A stretch of 64,000 bases of DNA from Chiloscyllium plagiosum. Taxonomy: Eukaryota. The stretch is from NCBI RefSeq assembly GCF_004010195.1, contig NC_057758.1, positions 7,146,277-7,210,276 on the forward strand, written 5' to 3'. The first letter of the stretch is position 1, and every line of letters begins with the position of its first letter. Below the pieces are notes generated by a model. The model worked only from the letters and a program-made list of their open reading frames with translations. It was not told where the DNA came from and searched no databases. The position numbers and the translations under genes were made by a program. Positions 1 through 11,808 of the stretch are shown piece after piece.

Positions 1-128
1 TTTTTTCCATTTCCACAACATCCTGCCCAACGGAAATTCTGGAGGTAAATTTTCAGGGACCCCGCCTCCATTTCGATTTCCTTTTTTCCGTCCCCGGAGG
101 CTTTTTCCTTCCCCTTGGCACAGCTCAT
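1..128 (-). pseudogene. Endogenous retrovirus gag N-terminus (matrix-like), frameshifted, runs off window edge
   Basis: Minus-strand ATG at 128 gives MSCAKGKEKASGDGK. A 1-nt shift in the A-run near 82-87 continues GNRNGGGVPENLPPEFPLGRMLWKWKK, resembling the PPxSPLGxMLxxW motif of class I (HERV-I-like) ERV Gag. It lies downstream of a PBS and LTR. Confidence 0.6.
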
Positions 129-421
129 ATTGAGTTCCTTCGTTAGACCTTCGTAACTGCTAGAACTCAATCCCAGACACCAAAGCAGTATTTAAAAGTC
201 AGTTTTCCTTCCTTGGTCCATGCAAGCAACGGTGTTGCTTGGCTCGATGTCTCCCTGTGCCTACTTGTAACCTTTCGCCTGCTTCAGATAGACGCTCATC
301 GGATCTCGATCAGTCAATCAGAAGGGGGAACCCACCAACGAGAAACACGGGATCATTCTAAAAGGAACAGGATGCATCTTCCCAACCATCGACGCTGCCT
401 ACCCGGCTGGTGATGATGGAT

Positions 422-439
422 ACCCCGGTTGAGCGTCCA
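422..439 (-). promoter_or_regulatory. Putative retroviral primer-binding site (tRNA-Pro-like, diverged)
   Basis: Minus strand TGGACGCTCAACCGGGGT starts 3 nt after the ...CTCACA LTR end and partly matches the Pro PBS TGGGGGCTCGTCCGGGAT. Confidence 0.55.
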
Positions 440-442
440 ACT

Positions 443-1100
443 TGTGAGAACCAGAGCTCACAATATAATAAATATCAGCCCGAGTCAAATTCTGAAACAG
501 CGAACTTTATTGAAACGTTCTTGCAAGACGGGTGTCTAGCAAGGAGGCATCTCAATCCAAAAATTACTTCACAATTTATGCAGTTTACTTGAGTCTCTAT
601 CAATACTTCCCCGTTTCCCTCATTGGCCTTCAAACCTATCAATATTACTTACTGTGTTCTGCGCCTGCCTAGCTGCGCTCCGCCCTTGTTTACTTCCTTC
701 CCTACTCCAGGCTGAGTGACCCTCACTCTTATTTACCCTGAAACTAACTTGGTTCATTTCAGTGCCTATATGAGGGCAACGTGCCAAGTCTGCCATAACT
801 CAATGTTCTTGGCATCTTATGTGTTTGTCTGTAACACCTTCCATTGTTTGCAGGCACATTTCATTATGTATTCACATTTCAGCTAATGAAAGCAATTATG
901 TATTTCCTTCACATATTTTCCATTCTTGGCTGAAACACTTATACACTGGTGTTAGTTCATTTACCTTGCATGATCAATTATTTATTCAGCTCTTGGCTGA
1001 AACAATTATACACTGGTGTTAATTCATTTATCTTGCATAAGCAAGTATGGTTGCAGAAGTAACACTGCTTTACCTATGTCCCACAGCATGTCCAACCACA
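443..1100 (-). mobile_element. ERV 5' LTR (upstream boundary approximate)
   Basis: TG...CA ends (tg at 443, ca at 1100), minus-strand AATAAA at 506-511, TATA-like GGTAAATAAG near 728-737, and a duplicated 48-bp U3-like block at 924-971 and 991-1038. Adjacent to the PBS and gag. Confidence 0.55.
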
Positions 1101-1388
1101 GCGAGGCTCTCACCTTTTCCTCCATTATTGATCAATTACACTTTCAGTCCCAACACACTCCTCTCTTGTCATTAGCCAGTCCCCATTTCTTTTCCTCATT
1201 TGACAGTTCCACGATTGCCCCTTCATTCCACCATCCCTCATTGGCCGTCATGCTGTCCACACAAGTTTCAGAAAAGCGGGAAGCCCATTGTTCAAATACT
1301 CTTGCTTTTCCATTCGCCCATTCCAGTCAGTCAGATCGGTCTTCGCCCAATTCAGGCAATTTCTGGAAAATCCACCCCTAGCAATGTA

Positions 1389-1606
1389 GTGAGCAAAAGG
1401 AGCTGGGACTGCCCTCACTGCTCCCCCATCATCCGCAAGGGAGTGAGCAACAGGAGGTGGGCCTGCCCTAACCCCTCCCGATCATCCACAAGGGAGTGAG
1501 CAACAGGAGCTGGGACTGCCTCTCCCCTCCCCCAATCATTCACAAGGTAGTGTACAACAGGATCCGGGGCTGCCTTCTCCCACTCATCATCCACAAGGGA
1601 GTGAGG
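1389..1606. repeat. Minisatellite, about 4 copies of a ~54-bp unit
   Basis: GTGAGCAACAGGAGCTGGGACTGCC...CATCATCCACAAGGGA recurs at about 1389, 1443, 1496 and 1550. Confidence 0.85.
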
Positions 1607-1919
1607 AATCTCTGTGTGGGTTTCATGTCTGGGGCATGTGTGTGAGTGGGTATCAACGTAGGGAGGAAGGGAGGGAAGGGCCAGTAAGTGGCAGTCAACA
1701 CTAAATTGTTGTGCTGCTTTCTCTCGCAACAGTTAACCGCCTCCCATCCTCCTTCAACCAACCATGCATTCATCGGGACAGTTTCCAACAACACCAATTT
1801 AAGGACTACATCCACATTTATTCTGCAAGAGAAGCAGAATGCAGTGGTCTCAAGGCAGACACAGAGACGCAGAGTCTGCAGCTCTTCAAGTAGCTGACTG
1901 ACACAGCATTACTTTTCAG

Positions 1920-2570
1920 GGATAAAGTTAAAAATCTCATAGCATCAGGTTATAGTCCATCAGGTTTACTTGAAAGTATTAGATTTGAGAGTGCTGCCGC
2001 TTCAGCTAATTAGTGCAGTGGGGTCCTAATACAATGAATTTATAGTAAACTATCACAGTGGCCTGCAATTGAAATGATACATTAAAAGAACCGAGATTGC
2101 TATCAAGTCTTTCACCTTTTCGAATGTATTGCAGGTTTCGCTTCATGAAGATGTAAATCTCAGAACTTCTTTGAAGTCACATTCTCGAGGTAACTTCAGG
2201 TTTTATAAAACAAAATGACATCTCAACTCAGACAATGTATTCAAGCTGTGAGGTTAGAATCTGTCTGCATCCCAAGCTTGAGTCAGACTGGTTCAATTCC
2301 TAGAGCAGGAATTTATAAATTGTGGCAGGAATTGACTCTCTGCTGGCTGCATGTTTTCTGAGCTACAATAGAATGTTCAAAGTTTGTGAGAAGATATGTA
2401 GCTCGGGTGCTCGTTGCTGAGCAACAATAAGTGCGTGTGAGTGTACGTGAGAGAGAGTTCCTTTGTGTGTGTGTGCGTGCTCGGTAGAATATGCACATGA
2501 GTGTAATGGAGTATTAACCTGTTCGACTATAACCTGGTGTTGTGTGAATTTTCATTTTGCCCACCCAAGT
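1920..2570 (-). mobile_element. Penelope-like terminal-repeat remnant (family B) with short inverted end and nested family C fragment
   Basis: Begins GATAAAGTTAAAAATC..CAGGTTATAGTCC and ends with its reverse complement GACTATAACCTGGTGTTGTGTGA (2526-2550). Homologous to 5115-5530 and 7470-7960. Family C start at about 2380-2425. Confidence 0.6.
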
Positions 2571-2909
2571 ACAACACCGGCTCCTCCACATCATTTTCGG
2601 GATAATTAGAGATGGGCATCCACTTCTGCCCTCGCCTGCCACACTCCCATTCAAACATTTTCCACAATCTTCAGACATGTTCCCTGTGTCAAACAAAAAC
2701 AAATGCATCACACTGTGCCCGATATCATTTGAATATGTGCTTTACCTGGTCATCACTTCCAGAGCCTGTCTGCCTTCTGCTGTCTCACTGTGTGTGGAGA
2801 TTATCACTGATTAACCCTGCTCATCTTTTGTCCCCAGGGAACAAGAATCCTGCAATCTTTGTCAGGACAATCAATGTTTACAGATACTTTCAAATGCTGC
2901 TAAGTAATG

Positions 2910-3230
2910 CCTGGGTGGTGCAGTGGATAGCACTGCTGCCGCATAGCGCCATGGATCTGGGTTCGATATTAGCCTTGGGCAACTGTACGGATATTGTATA
3001 TTTTCCTTAGGAATGCGTGGGTTCCTTCCTGGTGCTACGGCTTCCTCCCAAAATCCAAAGATGGGAGATTAGGTGAATTGGCCATGGTAAATTGTCCTGC
3101 ATTCAGGGATGTGTATGGTTGGTAGATCAGTTGTAAATATAGGGTAACGGAATGGGTCTGTGTGGGTTACTCATCAGCGGGTCGGTGTGGACTTTTTGGA
3201 CCGAAGGGGCTGTCGGGATTCTATTCTAAC
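2910..3230 (+). mobile_element. tRNA-derived SINE (HE1-like shark SINE), degraded
   Basis: A-box-like GGTGCAGTGG, B-box-like GGTTCGAT, shared core TTAGGTGAATTGGCCATGGTAAATTG and a CR1-like tail. Confidence 0.8.
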
Positions 3231-3514
3231 TGGAAGATGCATAGCACCAGAGGTCACACTGTTTCACAAAAGTGAACATTATTATGTGACTGAAAAGTTA
3301 AACGAATAAACATCCAAACATAAAACAATGTTTGCTTCAACATTCTGTGCAATGTTTTGAATTTGTTTTACTTTTACAGCCCAGGATGTTTAACTCATGA
3401 AGTCTTGAAGGTTCATTCACTTTCTAAAGAGATCAACACAGACGTCTGCCATTGCCCATTGGAATTTACGTCCGTTTCTTGCCAGTTTCTCATTCTGATA
3501 CCGGAGATTTCCTG

Positions 3515-3516
<2 letters not shown>

Positions 3517-3564
<48 letters not shown>

Positions 3565-3583
3565 ATCTATCTCTCGCTCTCTC
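3517..3583. repeat. (CT)n microsatellite
   Basis: Direct inspection. Confidence 0.95.
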
Positions 3584-4534
3584 CACAAATGTTCCACTGT
3601 CTGTGTTGTCAGAGCTCTTTGGGTAAAAGCAGTTTGTCTGTCAAAAGACCTGCAACTCGATCATGGTTGGTTGCAATCGTCATTGGTGACATTGCTCCAA
3701 TGCATTTTTATACTGAATCGGCTGTTTTGATTTTTTCATCTGATCCCCATTCAGCATAAACATTATTTAACTCTCAGTCAACAGCTTCCTCAATTTGTCT
3801 TTACAGTTTACCTTTCAACACTTTATTTCTTCCACATCATGCTGAGGTTTAATTTGCTCTTTTCTGAACTGGTAATTGATTGTTTTATTCAGTATTAATT
3901 CAGTAGTGGCGGGCAATTTAATCTTTGATGTTATCAATGCACAGTTGTTAATGTCTTTGTCTACTCTATTGAATTTATTCACTTTGCGAATTTGTTGATA
4001 GCTTTTCCAGCTTCTGCACTGTGCAATACTTCAATTTCTCGAATGTCAAGTAAGTTCCATGCTGAGCTGGAGTCCAAATGTAGAAGACTTTTCACTCACA
4101 GGCATAACTTCAGAACTGTGACTCTCCATCCAAGGTTGCGAAAACAGTAAAGTGCCCGTAAAATCATTTCCCTCTGTTGAATTCACATGATTAATAAGGA
4201 ACGTGCCAACAAAAACATCAGAGACTCTACTCACAAAATAAAATGTCAATTTACTGAGCAACGAACAATAAGACATAGGTATAGAAGTCGTCGATTCAGC
4301 CCATCAAGTCTGGTCAGCTATTTAATCAGGTCACTGCCATTGATCTGATAGCCCTCAACTACAAAGACTTGTCTTTTCTGTAACACCGTAGATTGCCTTC
4401 CTGATTAAAATCTGTCCATCTCAGCTTTCAGTACACTTAATAAACCAGTCTCAATAGTTCTCAGTGAAAATAAGAAATTAATCCTCATCTCGTACTTAAA
4501 TAAGTGACCAAATATTATGAGACCACGCACTGTG

Positions 4535-4975
4535 GACCGAGACAGGAGGCCTGTGACCAGTGGAGTGCCACAAAAATCGTTGTTGGGTCCACTACTTTTC
4601 GTCATTTATGTAAATGGCAGTTGGGAAGTCATGTTGCGGCTGTCGAGGCCATTGGTTAGGCCACTGTTGGAATATTGCATGCAATTCTGTTCTCCTTTCT
4701 ATCAGAAAGGTATTTTGAAGCCTGAACGAGTTCAGAAAAGATTTACAAAGATATTGCCAGGATTGGAGGTTTTGAGCTATATGGAGAGGCTGAACAGGCT
4801 GGGACTGTTTTCCCTGGAGCGTCGGATGCTGAGGGGTGAATTTACAGAGGTTTAGAAAATTAAGAGGGGCATGGATAGGATAAAAAGACAAAGATTAGGT
4901 TGGCATATCTGTTCGGCATGGACTGATTGAACCGAAGGGTCTGTTTCTGTGCTGTACATCCCTATGACTGTGCAT
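4535..4975 (+). mobile_element. CR1 LINE RT and 3' fragment
   Basis: RPVTSGVPQKSLLGPLLFVIYVN and LVRPLLEYCMQFCSP..ERVQKRFTKILPGLE are CR1 ORF2 motifs. Confidence 0.9.
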
Positions 4976-5114
4976 AGATCTTGTCCCCGAGAATATTTCC
5001 AAGGAATTCCCCTCCCATCAATGTGAAACTCACAGGCCTGTAAAATCCTGGATTATCCCTGCTATCCTTTTGATATGATGGGACTATGTCAGGAGACAGT
5101 TTTGGACTGTGGTG

Positions 5115-5530
5115 GATAAAGTTAAAAATCACACAACACCGGGTCAGAGACCAACAGGTTTAATTGGAAGCAATAGCTTTCAGTGCGCTGCTCCTTCATC
5201 AGGTGGTTGTGGAGTAAAAGATCACAGGACACAAAATGTATAAAGTGTCATGATACATTGAACAAAACTGGATTGTTAATTCTTCCATCTTTTAGAATGG
5301 TTTGCAAGTTTCGATTCATTAATAAGTAAATCCCAGAACATCTTTTAAGCCACCTCCATGAGCTAACTTAAGGTTTTCTTAAAAATGGTGACATCTAAGC
5401 TCAGACAATGCTTTAAAGGTGTGAAATCAGTGTCTGTCTGTACCCAATCTTGAGCCAGAATGGTTCTGTTTGCAAAGGGGAATTTACGAGATATTACATG
5501 GGCTGACAGCCTGCATGGAATATGTGAGCT
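5115..5530 (-). mobile_element. Penelope-like terminal repeat (family B)
   Basis: Homologous to 1920-2330. Minus strand has a decayed CTGATGAAGGAGCAGCGCACTGAAAGCTA motif at about 5174-5202. Confidence 0.65.
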
Positions 5531-5602
5531 ATTCACAGACCTCTGTGAAATCACCTGTGGCTAAAGAAGACACAAAGATTTCTGTCTGTGCTCTAGTAAT
5601 AC

Positions 5603-5905
5603 GTTTGGAGAAGATTTGTAGCTCAGGTTGATTTTTTGGATGTAGGGTTTGCTCGTTGAGCTGCAAGGTTCATTTCCAGATATTTCGAAACCCTACGAGG
5701 TAACATCTACAGTAGGTCTCTGGTGAAGCAATGCTGAAAATTCCTGCATTCTGTTTGTATGTTTGCATTTGTTTGGGTTGGTGATGTCATTTGCTGTCGT
5801 GATGTTATTTTCTGTGGTCAAGCCACTTCCTGTTCCTTTTCTCGGGGTGTGATAGATAGGGTCGAACTCAAAGTGTTTGTTGATAGAGTTTGTTGATAGA
5901 ATGCT
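5603..5905 (-). mobile_element. Penelope-like terminal repeat (family C)
   Basis: GTTTGGAGAAGATTTGTAGCTCAGGTTG start, homologous to 48847-49100 and 62615-62990. Confidence 0.65.
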
Positions 5906-6358
5906 GCAGTAAATTTCTCTCTTGCCTCACTCAATACTCTGGGACAGATCCCATCAGAACCTGGTGTTTTGTCTATCTTAATATGTTTTAAAACGCACAC
6001 CTCTTCCTTTTTAACAGTAACCTGGCTTAGAAACTTGCCATTCCCTTCCCTGAGGTCATTCTCCACCAATTCGTTCTCTTTGGTGAATACTGACATAAAG
6101 TATTCGTTTAGGACCGCACCTACCTCTTCTGACTCTACACAAAGATCCCCTCCTTTATCCTTGAGTGGGCCAAACCTTTCCCTGGCTACATTCTTGTTTA
6201 TTTTATATATGTGTGAAAAGCTTTGTGATTCTCCTTAATACTGTTTGCAAATGACTTTTTGTGGCCCCTTTTAGCCATTCTAATTCCTTTTATAAGTCCA
6301 TTCCTACTTTATTTCTTTACTTCAAGGGTTTTGTCATTTCCCATCCTCCTAAATTTTG
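5906..6358 (-). mobile_element. CR1 LINE ORF2 fragment
   Basis: SVFTKE...LKHIKIDKTPGSDGICPRVLSEAREK matches the KSPGPDGIYPRVL motif. Confidence 0.85.
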
Positions 6359-7005
6359 NNNNNNNNNNNNNNNNNNNNNNNNNNNNNNNNNNNNNNNNNN
6401 NNNNNNNNNNNNNNNNNNNNNNNNNNNNNNNNNNNNNNNNNNNNNNNNNNNNNNNNNNNNNNNNNNNNNNNNNNNNNNNNNNNNNNNNNNNNNNNNNNNN
6501 NNNNNNNNNNNNNNNNNNNNNNNNNNNNNNNNNNNNNNNNNNNNNNNNNNNNNNNNNNNNNNNNNNNNNNNNNNNNNNNNNNNNNNNNNNNNNNNNNNNN
6601 NNNNNNNNNNNNNNNNNNNNNNNNNNNNNNNNNNNNNNNNNNNNNNNNNNNNNNNNNNNNNNNNNNNNNNNNNNNNNNNNNNNNNNNNNNNNNNNNNNNN
6701 NNNNNNNNNNNNNNNNNNNNNNNNNNNNNNNNNNNNNNNNNNNNNNNNNNNNNNNNNNNNNNNNNNNNNNNNNNNNNNNNNNNNNNNNNNNNNNNNNNNN
6801 NNNNNNNNNNNNNNNNNNNNNNNNNNNNNNNNNNNNNNNNNNNNNNNNNNNNNNNNNNNNNNNNNNNNNNNNNNNNNNNNNNNNNNNNNNNNNNNNNNNN
6901 NNNNNNNNNNNNNNNNNNNNNNNNNNNNNNNNNNNNNNNNNNNNNNNNNNNNNNNNNNNNNNNNNNNNNNNNNNNNNNNNNNNNNNNNNNNNNNNNNNNN
7001 NNNNN

Positions 7006-7350
7006 CTAATGTAGTGGGGTCACGTGTAGTGTGACATGAACCCAAGCCCCTGGTTAAGGCCAACCCCATGGGTTCCAAACTTGGCTATCAGCCTCTGCTC
7101 GGCCACGTTTCGTTGTTGCCTGTCCTAAAGTCTGCCTTGGGGGATGGTCACCCTAAGGTCTGAAGTCGAATATCCTGGATCGCTGAAGTGTTCTCAGACT
7201 GGGAAGGAACATTCCTATCTGTTGATTGTTGTGCGGTGCCCATTCACCATTGCCGTAGCCTCTGCTTGTTCTCACCAATATATCATACCTCAGGGCATTC
7301 TTGCCTGCAGTGTATGAGATCGACAACGTTGACAGAGTCACATGACTACA
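7006..7350 (-). mobile_element. Penelope-like element, GIY-YIG endonuclease remnant
   Basis: Minus strand reads SCDSVNVVDLIHCRQECPEV*YIGENKQRLRQ, the NVVY..C..C..YIGET pattern. Confidence 0.75.
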
Positions 7351-7469
7351 TGACTACCTGCTACGCACTCAGGGGGATGGCCTCAACCGGGACCTTAGGT
7401 TTATGCGACCCGACAGGTGCCACACACACACACGGCAGGGACACACACACACACACACACACACCTCTT

Positions 7470-7960
7470 AGTTTTTTGGGGTGAATTGTGACTTGCAGAA
7501 TTACATTTTATTTTGCTCAAAAACGGCTGAAGCCCATGTAACATTCTGTAGATCCTTATTTTAGATTAATATCAGTCTGAACACTAGGGCACAGATAGCC
7601 TCACACAGGGCACCTCACACCTCCAATGCATTACCTGGGCCAACGTGGCACCGAGGGTTAAAGTTTCCGAGAAAATGTAACTTTTAGAAATTTCTGGAAT
7701 TTGCATATGAAGTTGCAACATGCCCATTCTAAAAAATAAGAAACTTAAAAAACAATTCAGATCTTTTCCAATATATAACTTCAGTTATATCACGCTGTGG
7801 ACATTTGCTCTTAATTCTGTGTCTTACAATCTTATACTCCACAACCACCTGATGAAGTAGCAGCGTGCAGAAAGCTACAGCATCCAATTAAACCTGTTGG
7901 ACTATAACCTGATGGTGTGTGATTTTTAACATTGTCCATAATCGTCCAAGACTAGCAACT
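7470..7960 (+). mobile_element. Penelope-like terminal repeat (family B), inverted relative to the adjacent endonuclease fragment
   Basis: Reverse complement of 5115-5530. Decayed CCACCTGATGAAGTAGCAGCGTGCAGAAAGCTA at about 7845-7877. Preceded by (CA)n at 7421-7463. Confidence 0.65.
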
Positions 7961-8399
7961 TCAGATAATCATTAGGAATGCTTTCTTTTTCTTTCGGACC
8001 ATGGTCTTAACATCCCTGATCATCCGACGTTCATGCATCTTGCGATTCGCATCCCTCATTTCCAGGATTGTGCCACTCCTGAAATCTTATCAACTGCTGT
8101 TTGAAATACTCCCACATCTCCGATGTCTATTTACCCTCCAACAGCAGGCTCCGATCAATAACGTCCAGTTCCAGCCTTGCAGTAGTTCCCCTTCCTCTAA
8201 TTTAAGGCCTTCACCTGAGGGCTGCTCATCCACGAGCATCTTACGGTATTATGGTCGCTACTCCCGAAGTACCCCACCTCCCCTACCAACCCCCCCCCCT
8301 CCCAAAGTGGTACTTTGGAGCAGTGGTGGGGTGTCACGGTGATTCAACGGTGAGCACTGCTGTCCAATGGCGCTAGGGACCCAGTTTCGATTCCTGACC

Positions 8400-8760
8400 C
8401 CACTGAAACTTCACTCACCTGTCCGGGCTCATTTCCCAAATCCAGGTTTCATATAATCCCTTCCCTGGTCGTACTGTTTACATATCATGTCAAGAATCCC
8501 TCTTGAATGATCCTTACAAATTCTGCCCCATCCAAGTCCCGAGCACACAGTGAGTCCGAGTCAATGTACAGGAAATGAAAATTACCCAAAACAGCAATCC
8601 TGCTAATGTTACGTCTATCCAAAACTGCCTATATGTTCTCTCCTCTGTCTCCGCTGTCTGTTGTGTGTCCTGTAGTATACCATTGTGGTTTCACCTTTCC
8701 TATTCCTGACTTTTAAGCGATTAAACTCTGCCCTTGATCATTGATATTTTTCCTCGAATC
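8400..8760 (-). mobile_element. CR1 LINE APE-endonuclease fragment
   Basis: Minus strand reads RIAVLGNFHFLYIDSDSLCARDLDGAEFVRIIQEGFLT*YVNSTTREG, similar to the GDFNFPNIDW region of CR1. Confidence 0.8.
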
Positions 8761-8952
8761 GTTGTTTGGCCAGGAACTTAATGCTCCTCCCATCTGGCGA
8801 TGCACAGCAAAGACTTGGGGATTTCTCCATCCACGGCCGAACACTGCTTTTCGTAATTTCACTTGGTGTGGGATGTTCGAGCCCCATGTGGGGTAATGTG
8901 GACCTCAGTCTCCATCTTGGACCTAGTTCTGAATATAACAATTCCACCCAAT

Positions 8953-9330
8953 GTGGCACGGTGGATCAGTGGTGAGGTGGCACGATGGTTCAGCGGTTAG
9001 CACTGCTGCCTTCATGGCACCAGGGACGCAGGTTGGATTCCAGCCTTAGATCACTGCTTCTGTGGCATTTGCATGTTCTCCCTGTGTCTGTGTGTGTTTC
9101 CTCCGGGTGCTCCGGGTTCCTCCCCAGTCCGAAGGTGTGCAGGTTAGATGGACTCTCCATGCTAAATTGCCCACAGTGTTCAGGGATGTGTGGGTCAGGT
9201 GCATTAGTCAGGGTAAATAAAGAGTAAGAGTTTAGGGGAATGGGTCTATGGGTGGGATACTCTTCAGAGGATCAGTGTGGATTTGTTGGATCGAAGGGCC
9301 TGTTTCCACGCTATAAGTATTCTATGATTT
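8953..9330 (+). mobile_element. tRNA-derived SINE (HE1-like) with duplicated head
   Basis: GGCACGGTGGATCAGTGGT followed by GGCACGATGGTTCAGCGGTTAGCACTGCTGCC, core TTTCCTCCGGGTGCTCCGG and tail GAAGGGCCTGTTTCCA. Confidence 0.85.
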
Positions 9331-11596
9331 AATGTGGGAGCTTTGGAGCGCCATGCTGAGAAATGTAGGCCTCAGGTTCCATTATCAGCAGAGCACTGAA
9401 TTTAATCATTCCTCCAATGTGAGAAATCTGGAGACACAGACTGGGTAATTTACGTGCAGGCTCAGTCTCAGGCAAGCTTATACCTTGGCGTAATACTTCT
9501 TGGATTACCAATCTCATTCTTAACCAGAGAGAGTAAAAACCAGTAATCCTTGGAAGTAAATGTACTGGTCCTCTGTTTTGAAGTAGACCAGGTGACCCAG
9601 ATCAATCTGCCTCATCTGCCAGTTTTCCTGACATTTCCTTCTCGAACTGACCAAAACCCACAACGTAAGCAAACGTAAACTTAGGCTTCATCGTGTGCCT
9701 AGTGCTAATTGATCTGCTGGAATAATGTGGAACCAAGGTTCCTCACCGTCCCAGCGAGATGCATGTGCACACAGAGCAGGAGAGTCTCAGGCTCCATTCT
9801 TGGGCACATTCTTACACTGATCTCACACTCGATGATGTGGGATGAATCGAGAAGCACAGTGTGGGGAAACTTAGGCCGTGCATCCAGTCCCGAACCAAAT
9901 ATTTACTGCTAATCGAGCGCTAGTTGAAACCAACAGATCAGGAAGATGTAGCCCAGGTCGAATCTTGGCCGAGGACTGGATGAGCCAATTTCACTCCCAG
10001 TATCAGATCAGTGATTATCTACACAACCTATACATCCAGAGCTAAAGCTGTATCTTGGTCCTCGTCAGCCAATGTAATTCATGGTGGTGGATTAAATGAG
10101 CCATATCCCACTCCTACCCTGGCCATGATGAAGGTCCAGGTTGCATCTCAGGCCTAATGCTGAGTTAGTCAATTATCCAATATCTCCACAATGCTGGAAA
10201 ATTTCGGCTCAGCATGTGTCAAGGGGCGAGAGCTGGGTTAGACAATTTCACACCCAGTTATGGATTAAATGTGGGGAAATATAGGACAAATGGTATAATG
10301 GGGCTAGTGCTGAAGGAGCCAATCCAAGTGCAGGACTTATTGAGAAGCTCAGTTCAGGGAGATTAACACTCAGGCTTCATTTTCACTTGCTTCATCAATC
10401 AGCTGGGTCTTTGACTGAGGCCTCGGCACTGTCTAATTGGCATGGGGGGCCACGACTGTGCCACAGGTGAGTGCAGCCTCCCCATCCCTGAGAACCATCA
10501 TCCTTCCCTCCCAGCGAGTGGATCAGCAGGAGTCGCCGACGGCACTTCAGGGTCCCCAGATGCCCAACTCCAGCTACCTGCACGCCCAACCCTGACAACG
10601 ACTTGGATGTTTGGGAGCATGCTCTCCACTTGTGTCAACATCGTGCCCCATGCCATCACCTGGCTGCCCTCTTGCAACGTATCCTGAGAGAGTGGGGAGC
10701 TGAACAAAGCCAGGCAAAACCTCCACCAGTAGCTGCAGTGAACCATTACAGGCCTCCAGGGCCCGGATGCCAAACTGTGCTGCATCGTGACCTCACTGCG
10801 CTTGGCCTCCAGCAAGCTGCGAAGCGTCAAGCAGCCCCAGGAACATTCCATCCCACCCTCGGGCATTACACACTGTGAGGCCAAGTCAACGACTACTACA
10901 TCATCACACACTGGCTGGGCTGAGGTGTCAAGGATCTGGAGTGACTGAAGCCTGACGCCTAGCTCCTCGTCATCAGCTGGACTGATCACAAGGGATAAAG
11001 GTGGCCAAAAGGCCTGGGCTTAGCTCTTGGTTATTAATAAGAAGAATTTGCATTCATGAAAAGCCTAGAACCTCGAACTCATGACCAATAGGCCGAATTG
11101 GCAAGGGAGCCTTAAAGTTGAGATTTGAACTGGCCCAGAAAATCTCTTGAGGACTCAGACATGTAAAGTTTCTGTCTAAGATCGTCCCAGAGATCACACT
11201 CTTTGGAAGTCTGGAATAAATCGCGCTCACATGCAGTTTAGTTTAATTTTAGTCATCCCCTTCATTTATCAATAGCATCGCTGTGACAACATATCACTGA
11301 CACCAAGAGGCTAAGCTAATTAGTTTCGAAAGGGTGCAGAGGAGATTTACTGGGATATTGCCTGGTATAGGGGGAAGATCCTACGAAGAAAGGCTGAGGG
11401 ACTTGAGGCTGTTTTCGTATGAGAGTAAAAGGTTGAGAGATGACTTAATAGAGACATATAAGATAATAAGAGGGTTAGATAGGGAGGACAGAGAGAGCCT
11501 TTTACCAAGTATAGTGACTGCGAGCACGAGGGGACAATTGAGAGGTGACAGATATCGGACAGATGTCGGAGGTAGTTTCTTTACTCAGAGAGTAGT

Positions 11597-11808
11597 TGAA
11601 ACTTTATTGCTGGAACAGCACAGCAGGTCAGGCAGCATCCAGGGAACAGGAGATTCGACGTTTCGGGCACAGGCCCTTCTTCAGGAAAGAAGGGCCTGTG
11701 CCAGAAACGTCGAATCTCCTGTTCCCTGGATGCTGCCTGACCTGCTGTGCTGTTCCAGCAATTAAGTTTCAACTTTGATCTCCAGCATCTGCAGACCTCA
11801 CTTTCTCC
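11597..11808. mobile_element. Fold-back Penelope-terminal-repeat element (family A) with 16-bp TSD
   Basis: Long inverted repeat centred near 11686. TTACTCAGAGAGTAGT is duplicated at 11581-11596 and 11809-11824. Confidence 0.85.
11654..11687 (-). ncRNA. Putative minimal hammerhead ribozyme
   Basis: Minus strand UUC-CUGAAGA-A-GGGC-CUGU-GCCC-GAAA-C-GUC-GAA has the conserved core, stem II, a GUC site and a 3-bp stem I. Confidence 0.6.

Noticed and set aside
2692..2795. V(D)J recombination signal (CACTGTG heptamers near ACAAAAACA)
   Set aside because: The nonamer is in the wrong orientation and spacing, and there are no Ig or TCR segments nearby.
6259..7078. Long ORFs spanning N runs (also at 34.4, 42.8, 53.3 and 54.8 kb)
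   Set aside because: Assembly gaps translated as X.
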